From Eledone cirrhosa (lineage: Eukaryota): a DNA stretch of 64,000 nt. This document shows positions 53,147-64,000 of the stretch, piece after piece; position 1 is the stretch's first letter, and each line of letters opens with the position of its first letter. Position numbers and translations under genes: made by a program. The stretch spans positions 322,338,001 to 322,402,000 of the forward strand of contig OZ024742.1 in assembly GCA_964016885.1 (NCBI GenBank), read 5' to 3'. The notes beneath the pieces are model-generated. The model did not search any database and had not been told where the DNA came from. It worked only from the letters and a program-made list of their open reading frames with translations.

Positions 53147-56100
53147 TGTATCCACTTGCTTACTGTGGTTATCCCCGATTGAACCCGAGACTCATATATA
53201 TATATATAGAAAATATAGATAATATATATATATGTTTGTATATACACATATATATATATATAGAAACTATAGATAATATATATATATGTTTGTATATACA
53301 CATATATATATATATAGAAACTATAGATAATATATATATATGTTTGTATATACACATATATATATATATAGAAAATATAGATAATATATATATATGTTTG
53401 TATATACACATATATATACATACTTCAAACCCATGCAAGCATGGTAAAACAGAAGTAAAAAGGATAATGGTGATAATGATGATAAAGTGTGTGTGTTTGT
53501 GTGTATACACATACATACATACATAGACACGTAAATACGCTGACATATAAATATATATAATTATGTGGGACACCACCCTCTCTTAGCACAATACATTTTA
53601 CATCCTGTCGCCAGGCATGTTCATCCGATGCAGTTTATAGAAGATAATCCCCCTAATGTTGCTGCTGTTGTTGTTGTTGCCACTTGTTGTTGTAATATTT
53701 TGTTAATCTCCAATATCACCCGCCCTCTATCCTCTCATACACTTGTCTAAACCACCCAGACACCAGCAACAAGCATTATTCTATCTTTTGTTCTTTTATT
53801 GGTTTCAGTCATTAGACTCTGGCCATGCTGGGGCACTGTCTTGCTTTAATCAATCATATCGACCACAATGCTTTTTTCCTCAAATCTGATACTTGTTTTA
53901 TCCATCTATTTTCTTTGTCAGACCATTATTTTATGGGATTTAAACACACATACACACATGTATGCACATTCACAAACAAATAGATACATACATATATCAT
54001 ATATATATAGCAGGGAAAGCAGACATTAAATGATGATGATGATATATGTGTGTGTGTCTGTGTGTGTGTTAATAAACACCATGATGGCTTTCCTGGTGTA
54101 GATGGCAGCTATGATATGATACAAGAAATGAAGAAATTATCAAGGCTTCTGAAGTTCTGTGATGCTTTTGAACAAAGCATTTGCAACACAAATATCAGGA
54201 AACTGAGCAATACCAAATAGCTTGAAAAAGAGGTTAGGCATCAAGTATATTTATTGTGGAAAGAAGTAGAAGAGGTTTGCTCATGCTTTACCATGAGGGT
54301 CATAGATGTGAAGTGTCGAGGATAGCAAGACAGTGTGTTAGAGAAAATCAAGTTGTGGTTGGGTAAAAGTTTGTTCAAAATGATATGGGAACATAAAGTT
54401 GAGAAGAAAGAGGCATGGATGTTTTATCACAAGAGCTGCTGAACAAAGATAATAAATGGGTCAGTGAAGGCCTATCTCTTGTAGATCCAACTGAGGATGG
54501 ACAAGCCATAAAAGTTGACAAATGTGATAGAAAGCCCTGCTTAAAACACAGAACATCATGATTGAGAAGTAAGCTTCTTAACCCTTTCCTTACAATATTT
54601 CTATAGAAACCCACTCGCTATGATTTTCAATTATTTTTTCTAATTAATCAAGAATTAGAAAGAATATATATAGCAGTTCAAATTAAAGCGAGGATGATGC
54701 TAAAATGAGATGGTTCTGTGTTGTGGTATTAATTCAGTTGTGTGTACTCACTTGTGGATTGCTCAGTTGTGTGATCACTGTTGTGTAGAATGTAGGAAAA
54801 AGAAGATTAGTGTGCCTGATTTAGTGTGACTAGAGATTGCAGGTGTGCAAGTACGTGAGTTAGTGTTCATTATGATGAAAGTGATTGAGTAAGTGATTTA
54901 CCTTGATCATAAAGGAAATTTATATATAATCCACAATAACACAAAGCCGCTATGTTGCTAATTTATTAAATATAACTTTCATCAAAGTTATACAATAATA
55001 CATGAAGAAAAAACAACCATGGTTGAATTGTGTGATGTTATGTATCAGGTGTGATGTGTATGCTTGTTTGTGTGCAAAGGTATTATTAAAAATGTATTTA
55101 CCAATTTTCTGTTGATAGGATGAATTTTGTTGGCCTGGCTGAGAGAGAGACCAAGAGAAAAAGAGAGAGAGAGACCCAAAGGGGTCTATGTGTGAGATAG
55201 TTGACTTCTATATCTTAGCTGGTTGGTATGAACTCTGCAACTGCCTGGATTGACTCTGGGAGCTGGCTATTTATCACTGTTGCTCATTCTGTCTCCAGAA
55301 CATGAGAATAAGCAGATGGCCATTTGCTATGTCAAAATCTCAAACATATTGGCGACTAAAAGCCAATTCACAATGAAAACTTATCTATGAGGCCACTCCA
55401 TACTGAAGTGAAGGTCAGCTTCATGGTGGCCGATTGATAGTGTGAAAGAAACTCTATCGACGAGAGTATCAAATTACTGCTACATATCTGAGCTTGGCTG
55501 GTCACGCTTGAGGATCCAGCCGGATCAGTTGGAGATGGTTGCTTTCAACTGGAAGGAGTGTTTGAGGACTCTTCCCCCATGACCCTCTCAGGAATAAGTG
55601 GGTGAAGGAGATATCTAACTTTCTCATTATTAAGCTGGTATTTGGAACATAACCTAACAAACATTCTTACATAAAATTATGATGGGAGGTTTTTAGATAA
55701 ATATAAACACTTTAAAACAAACAGCTTTATATTGTAGAACTATGAGCGGTTTCATGTGGTTTGATATCAGAAAGCTTAAATCATTCTTAACTATTCAGCC
55801 ATTGGTGTGCCCATATATGGGTGTAATATTTAATAAGAGAGCAATTAGCAAATGAGTATCTAGAATTATTCTCAGCAAGTCTTTTATGACATGAATAATT
55901 CTGAAGGATTATTCACTCTGCCATGGAAGCCATGTTATGAATACAAGAATGGATTGATGGATCAAAGATAGAGAGTGTTTGCTTGTTATTTTTTGTTTTG
56001 GTGTTGTTTTTATGTTTAAAAGGTTTGGCCTGTCGACAATGGCTAAGGATGTTGCTATGGATACATATAAAATATACTGAGAAAAAAAGCAGAATATATA

Positions 56101-56419
56101 AATAAATAAATAAATATGATGATCATCATCATTGTCAACATCGTTTAGCGATCATATGATTAATTAGACTAGAGAAATAACAATGACAACAACAATAAAC
56201 ACAACAATGACAACAGTTTTAAAACAGCTATAACAGCAATGACAACAACAACTATATGAGCAATAACTATAATAACAACAACAATGACAACAACAACTAT
56301 ATGAGCAATAACTATAACAACAACTATAACTGTAACAACAGCAATGGCAACAGCAGTAACAACTAAAACAACTGTTGCTAGTCATTAACAGGTGTTACAA
56401 CTCCAACAACAATGGTTTC

Positions 56420-56795
56420 TAATTTAGACACAAGGCTGGCAACTTTGGGTGAAGAGGAAAGTCAATTAAATTGACCCCAGTATTTGACTGGTACTTTTAT
56501 TTTATCAAGCCCTGGAAGCAGTGCCAGATTAGATTACGACAAAGCCTATATAATTTCTATAAAGGGGTCCTACATTTTTTTTAATGTGACATAAAGGCAG
56601 TATTGTAATATAGTATAAAGCACTTAGTGTGGGGCTTATAGTAAATGTCTCTCTTGCTACTAGGGTAATCTGGCCCTGCCCAGAATGATGGGAGGCAAAG
56701 TCAACCTCAGTGAGATTTTAAATTAGAACATAAACAGCTGAAGTAAAGACTGCAAGGCATTCATCAGATGCTCTACCAATTCTGCAAATCCACTA
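56420..56795 (-). mobile_element. SINE interrupted by hAT-like MITE (56519-56678)
   Basis: TIRs cagtgccagatta / taatctggccctg; imperfect 8-bp flanks cctggaag / cccagaat. Confidence 0.6.
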
Positions 56796-58022
56796 ACAAC
56801 AACAGCAGCAGTACCAACTACATTAGAGACCCAACCACTACCACTATTGCCACCAACACTGCTACACCACCACCACCAGGTGGGAGCAAGCGTGTGACGG
56901 TGCTTGTGACTCATGCTGGGTGAAAACTCTTGTTGCACTGTTCAATGCTTCATAGGGAATATAGGATCCCATGCTGGTTGCTGATCTCCCATTGCCTTGC
57001 TTGGTGCTCTATAAGGATCAGTTTGTGATAGGGCTTGCAGGGAAATCTGTGCTGGGTGAAAAACTCTCAATGCCTTATACTCCATACAAAGCAAACTTGT
57101 GAAAGAGCTTATGACGCAGTGCTGGGTGAAGATCTCTCATTGCCCTGTCTGGTACTTATGACATGACTGATGTCTTACTTCTATTATAGACATTTAGTTA
57201 ATAAAAGAAAATGTGGGTGATTTTTTTAAGTGTAAGGGTTTGGAATGTATACTATAAGAAGTGGGAAACAGATTCCTTTCACACAAGTGTAAAATTACAC
57301 ACACATGTACACCATGTCTGAATGCAGAGGAACTAAACTTCCGCTGTCATCACCTCCGTTTCTCCCGCCCTCCCCATCTCTCACTATTATGAGCAAATGT
57401 GGCCCATACGGTGGCCACCCCACGTCTCCCATGGACAGAATAGGGAAGGTTTTTGCCCTGGGACCACATGTTGGATAAAGAACTTTTGTTGCCCTGCCTA
57501 AAACTCTTTAGAGACCATGTGAAATTAACTAAATATCTAACAAAACTTTTAAGGTATGGGTTGGTATCAGGAAAGACAGCTGCCCAGAGAAATACTGCTT
57601 AAAATATGTCATATTCAGGCTGGTTATGCAAGCATGGAGAAGCAGATAAAAATGATGACAATAGAGATTATGATGGTGGTGATTCTGATGATGATTGTGA
57701 TAGTGATGGTAATGGTGATGAAGATGATGATGATGATGATGATGATGGTGGCAGTGGTGGTGATGAAGATGATAGTGGTGGTGGCAATGATGATAATGAT
57801 GGTGGTGGTGGTAGAGGTAGCAATGATGAAGATGATGATCATTATGTAACATCAAAACCAATGGCAGTTTCAGCCATTCAGATAGAAGGGATTGCTGTCA
57901 GAAAGGTTAACTAACTTTATATTTATTGTGTCAGCTAGACAATTGCTTGACTTGACTGCTGCCTCAGAGACATGCTGTCCCTGGTGTCATTATATATATT
58001 ATATATATATATATTATATATA

Positions 58023-58055
<33 letters not shown>

Positions 58056-58921
58056 ATGACCCGTCCCACCCTTGCAAGCAGGGAAAAGAGCGGACGTAAA
58101 ATGATGATGATGATGATATATATATATATATGTGTGTGTATGTATATAAACACGTGGGAGAAATATAGGAAACAGAAAACATGTTTTTTAAAATCAAACT
58201 ATATATATATGCAGTAATACAGAAGACCCAACTTCCCATGGGCACAGGTGGAAGCTGAAGCATATATACAGTATTCTCCACCACACCTCACCCTCCTTCT
58301 GCAAGTGTGATGACAAAAAAGCATCCAGCCCACACTGTAAAGTGGTCATGTAGGCGACACGACAAAAAGGACCCAGTACTCACTGTAAATGAGGTTGGCG
58401 TTAGGAAGGGCATCCAGCTGTAGAAACCAAGCCAAAGTCAGTTCTGTATAAGCAAGGCATAATCACCTGACCTAGCATCGCCCACAACAGGACAATCTGT
58501 CTAACCCATGCTAGCATGGAAGAATGGACATAAAATGGTGATGAGGATATATATATAGATGTATATGTGTGTATGTGTGAGATGTCGATCTCAAGCACTA
58601 CTGGTAACATTCAATCCAGTACAACTTGTATGGGCAGGTTGTCAGTGAGTAAATCACCAACCTCACCAAGCCTGCTTGGTGAGGTTGGTGATTTTGGACA
58701 TCTTGGTCGATGTAAAACCCATCAAAGGGCAGAGGAACTCATAAGAATCAATGGTCATCTAATAGTGTGTTAGTTCCTTAGGTGTACAGGAGAGGTTAAA
58801 CTCGATATTAAAACATGAGGACTGTTGATTGAGAGGTTATGTGGCACACCTGTGCACTGATTCTTTGATATCAGCAGATCCAAAAGGTGCAGCTGTTCCT
58901 ACATAAGCATTCATCACTTAA

Positions 58922-59126
58922 CCCTTTAACATTTACTATTGTATTTTCATGGTAAACACTTTATTTCACATAAGTATCTCACATAATATCAAATCTATGA
59001 GATTTTTATATTAGTTATTTTGATAACAATACCTTAAGATAAGTATGAGCAGCTGGTTATACACGGTTTGAACAGAAATGGGTGAGAAAATGCTGGCCAG
59101 ATACAATTAGTTTAAATGCTAAAGGG
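58922..59126. mobile_element. piggyBac-type MITE with TTAA TSD
   Basis: ttaa-ccctttaacattta ... taaatgctaaaggg-ttaa. Confidence 0.75.
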
Positions 59127-59593
59127 TTAAAATAAACTAACAGCTTGGCAGTTAGTACTACAAAACATCAACAATCAACAGGCCCACTGGCAAGAGAGTA
59201 AAGTTAAAGGGGACAGATTCTTGCCTCTTAACCCACACTGTTGCATCATATGTAGCCTTCTTGGCAAACCTTTAGTGAGACTTCAGTGTCACATCAGACA
59301 TTGGCATCCACCAACTGACTAAACTAAAGCTGCTGGACACTTGTGCATCAGTATCGACAGGAGAGTCCATTATATAAGTCAATATTGCTGGGTTGACAAA
59401 TCCGGATTGGACTGGCTACTAGTTCAGCTGACTACCAGTCCTGTCACCATAGTAACAGCAGACATAATAATAATGATAATAATACAATACAAATATATTT
59501 TCCATCGTCCTGTGATGGTTGGTTGGTGGCCTTGTCAATAAATGTGAAAGACGATGGATATTGCATATGTATGGATATAGCTGTGTGTGAGTG

Positions 59594-59639
<46 letters not shown>

Positions 59640-60719
59640 GAGAGACATAAATAAATGTGTATCTAACAAGGAAAATGAATATTAAATAATGATGTTATTT
59701 ATAGGTGTGTGTGAATATATGTATGTTTTGACACTGCATTCAGTGGTCTTGTGTGAGACCCTACATGAACACACTGGAAGAGGGAGACTGAGGATGACAT
59801 GGTGATGCCCTAAGGACAGAGACGGGTCTCTGGGGGATGCGATACATGCCGGTGATGATGAAGGACAGTGACCACTGGAGAGAACTCATCCATGGATCTC
59901 GTGAATTTCACCCACCCTATATATATATATCATCATCATATGTATATATATATACTAGCTGCAGTACCTGGTAATACCCGGGAAAGGTGGGGTTATTCGC
60001 AGTTCCCAGATTGCGCTTGAAAATGCTAGCGACCCTGGGTACCCATACTGGATTTTCAATAGCAACCTTTGCTAGGTGTGTTTATGGCAGATCAATTTTT
60101 TGTGTGGAACTATCAATAAATCATAAGTCCTTCTTCCATCCAGCTTTCTTCATTCAGAGTGAATAAGCCGGGAAAGTTTGAGCTCGAAGAGTATCGAACT
60201 TATTCAACAAACTTATGTATAAGAATAGCAAACTTACTGCCTTAGCGCTCAAAACAAACACAGAACAATTGAGAAAGTCATCGCAGTTATTGAAGAAATT
60301 ATAACCGAGTGAACATATTCAGATACTGTTCAAGCACCCTGTATATCACCGTTTGTAAAGCCCTTCGAATGACTGAAGCAATTCAAGAAAACCATCCTGT
60401 TTTCCCCCTATAGTAGATATAACCTGAGAAAACACACCATAATAAGTTAGATAAACAATCAGAGGTGTTGGCTCTAAAGAGGGCCTTGTAACGTTCACTG
60501 TTGCAAAGTGTCAATAATGGGGGAGAAGTGACATCTTAATTCGTGTTAATCTTCTCATAGTCCAACACCTCGCAATATCGACAAAATAAACTGTACTCTC
60601 AAAAACGGCATGTTACAATTAACATGCCGGGAGTACGAATATTCATTAACATACAATTTGAGTTTTATTCTTCGGACTAATCTCATGGTAAGCCAACTTC
60701 AAGGTCATTGATCATCACA

Positions 60720-60935
60720 CTTTTTTGTAACTTATCACTGATTCCTACTGTGGGAAAAAAATTACCTACTTGGTGGAGTACAATTGCTAATCCACTTTGA
60801 TGTAGACCCCTGTGTCTCAGCCCAGTGGTCCTTCCACTGTTTGAAGCATGTCCAGATGCTTCTTCTGGAATGGTTTTCAGTTTCACGTTTACAGTATACA
60901 TGATGTCTCCTTGGCTCTCAAGAAAACACTGCCAT
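60720..60935 (-). pseudogene. Tc1/mariner transposase C-terminal remnant
   Basis: VKLKTIPEEA / CFKQWKDHW..TQG across a frameshift. Confidence 0.5.
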
Positions 60936-61116
60936 ACAAATGAATATAATAATTATTTCTTTATTGGCCACTAGGACCAAAACAAATGACTATATATATA
61001 TATACATATTTTATCAAATGATTATAATAAGAAGAACAGAAAGAGAAAAAGATGGGCAAAGCTGCCTGTCTGTATTGTCCATATTTCATTGATATATATA
61101 TATATAAATATATATG

Positions 61117-61152
<36 letters not shown>

Positions 61153-61172
61153 TGTATATATATGTATATATG

Positions 61173-61203
<31 letters not shown>

Positions 61204-61208
61204 GTATA

Positions 61209-61273
<65 letters not shown>

Positions 61274-61308
61274 GTATATATATATATGTATATATATGTA
61301 TATATATG

Positions 61309-61345
<37 letters not shown>

Positions 61346-61349
61346 GTAT

Positions 61350-61503
61350 ATAGGAACCAGTAAGACCCCGACAGCTGAGCTCAAGCCGTTTCGACGGCTA
61401 GCTGTCGGGGTCTTACTGGTTCCTATTACCCACTCTACTACCTCAAGTATTGAGTACTTTGGTGCGTTATGGTCCACCTGGTTCCTTACCACATTTCCTT
61501 CGT
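61350..61503. mobile_element. Family E fragment with local fold-back
   Basis: taggaaccagtaagaccccgacagct ... agctgtcggggtcttactggttccta, within (TA)n. Confidence 0.7.
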
Positions 61504-61535
61504 TATATATGTATATATATATATATATATATGTG

Positions 61536-61600
<65 letters not shown>

Positions 61601-61625
61601 GTATATATATGTATATATATATATG

Positions 61626-61678
<53 letters not shown>

Positions 61679-61711
61679 GTATGTATATATATATATGTAT
61701 ATATATGTATG

Positions 61712-61748
<37 letters not shown>

Positions 61749-61757
61749 GTATATATA

Positions 61758-61798
<41 letters not shown>

Positions 61799-61999
61799 TC
61801 ATCATTTCATTTTACGTCCGCTTTTTCCCTGCTTGCAAGGGTGGGACGGGAACTGATTCTGGCTTGATTTCTACAGCTGGATGCCCTTCCTAACACCAAC
61901 CTCATTTACAGTGAGTGCTGGGTGCATTTTTGCTGTGGCACCTCCACGACCACTTTGCAGTGGTATGATATGGACCCCAGTCCCTATCACCTCATTTCT

Positions 62000-62133
62000 A
62001 CAGCTGAGTAAACTGGAGCAATGTGAAATAAAGTGTCTTGCTCAAGGAAACAACACATCACCCAGTCTGAGAATTGAACTCACAACCTTTCGATTGCAAG
62101 GCCAATGCTCTAACCACTAAGCCATGTGCCTCC
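62000..62133 (-). mobile_element. CORE-type SINE 5' part
   Basis: tRNA-like head plus gtttccttgagcaagacactt on minus strand. Confidence 0.75.
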
Positions 62134-62136
62134 ATG

Positions 62137-62227
<91 letters not shown>

Positions 62228-62271
62228 GTATATATATATATGTATATATATATATATGTATATATATATAT

Positions 62272-62306
<35 letters not shown>

Positions 62307-62308
62307 AT

Positions 62309-63413
62309 GTATTGGGATCACAGGTAAGCTAACTAAGAACTTAGATTTTACATGTGGGCGGTGCTCTGGTGCAATAAGTAGCAGCGAGTGCCCACAAAAT
62401 ACTAGCTCTTTCAATTGCGCAGAGGGCTCTATAGAGATAGTGGACAGCTTCCGTTACCTGGGTGACAAAATCAGCAGCGGGGGAGGGTGCTCCGAAAGTA
62501 CAGTAGCTAGAGTCAGAACTGTATGGAAAAAGTTCAGAGAGCTTATACCACTATTAGCCGCTAAAGGGTTCTCCCTAAAAATGAAAGGCAGGTTGTATGA
62601 TGCCTGCATACGAACAGCAATATTGCATGGCAGTGAGACCTGGGCATTGTGCGCAGAGGATATACGCAGACTAGAGAGGAACGAAGCTTGCATGCTCCGC
62701 TGGATGTGTAATAATAATATACGTGAACGGCAAAGCATAAACGAACTAAGGAAAAAATTAGAAATAAGAGGGATCAGATGTTGTTTACTTGAGAGAAGGC
62801 TACGTTGGTATGGACACGTGATGCGTATGAAAGTCGATAGCTGTATAACAAAGTGCAGGGCAATAAAGATAGACGGTAGCCACGGAATAGGCAGACCTAG
62901 AAAATCCTGGGACGAGCTGATAAACTCCGACATCACACACTTACACCTCTCCAAGACAATGTCACTGGACCGAGACCTTTGGCGGTACTCAGTAATAGAG
63001 AAGACCCGCCTTACCTAAATACATAGTAAAACCTACTACAGCCAGTAGGCATCTCTAACAAAATACACCCCCGTCCCCCCACCCACACCCCCATCCACAC
63101 CACCCCCTCCTATGTAAAGTTACGTTGGTGCCACACCATCCAGGCCGAAACAAATGAGATCGTGTAGGTGTCACGACAAAAAAACACACAGTCCACGCTG
63201 TAATGTGGCCGTGTAGGCAACACGGTAAAAACCTCCCAGTCCCACACTGTAAATGTGGTTGGTGTTAGGAAGGGCATCCAACTGTAGAAAACCTGCCAGA
63301 CAGTCCTATGCGAGCAAGACAATCACTCTTGCCTCAAGTGGGAATACCCCCGTCCAAACCCATGCAAGCGTGGAACACGGACGTTAAACGTTGATGATGA
63401 TGATGATGATGAT
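62309..63413 (+). mobile_element. 5'-truncated RTE LINE, same family as 27275
   Basis: ORF 62440-63018; one UTR unit; (GAT)n tail; 5' end abuts (TA)n. Confidence 0.92.
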
Positions 63414-63472
63414 AAATAAAATGGGTTTTATATTTCACAGGGATTGAGTGGAAAAACAATTGCTATCATTTA

Positions 63473-63528
<56 letters not shown>

Positions 63529-64000
63529 CCATTTAACACCCATCTGGCATATACATACACATGCACACAAACACATTCTATATATATATATATATATCAT
63601 CATAATCATCATACGTCCGCTTTTCCCTGCTTGCAAGGGTGATATATATATATATATATATATATATCAAAGGTAGAACTATACAAACAATTCTCAAAGG
63701 AAAGTAGAGGATTATAATGAGAGTATATAATTGCCACATTTAAAAAAAAGAATAGCTCAATGTGTTTATATAATATATAACGGTTTGAAGAGAAAAAGAA
63801 AAAAGATATTAGTGAGGAGATGTAGTTATAAATTCAGAGCAAATATAAACAAGAGTATCAATGGAAAATTTAACTTCTTTCATCCCCAAACTATATTTAT
63901 TCTCATATACATATTTTGAAAGATATGTGCATTCCCTTCTTTGAAATGTTGGGTAACATATTGCATAATCTTTGTCTATCTATAGGCATAGATGTACGGC

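Noticed and set aside
59955-60660. Helitron-like start (tactagc...cccggg) with possible decayed coding sequence
   Set aside because: No recognisable protein motif or matching terminus

Overview
Eukaryotic, AT-rich, microsatellite-saturated DNA. The SINE/LINE repertoire suggests a cephalopod such as Octopus (inference). Most ORFs in the track are microsatellite artefacts. Real coding content: a near-intact full-length CR1 LINE (minus strand, ~21000-25200), several RTE LINE copies, decayed CRE and R4-like RLE elements, a Penelope-like GIY-YIG fragment, a mariner remnant and one possible host exon. Main finding 1: at least six sequence-unrelated families of short elements in or beside (TA)n tracts carry type I hammerhead ribozyme motifs. 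They include a 593-bp x2.5 tandem with a compensatory U3-A8 core, a 467-bp terminally redundant unit, and fold-backs with the ribozyme at the apex, consistent with a retrozyme/Penelope-pLTR system. Main finding 2: the CR1 ORF2 has no usable AUG and is joined to ORF1 by a canonical G_GGA_AAC -1 slippery site. All structures were folded by eye; repeat boundaries are approximate.
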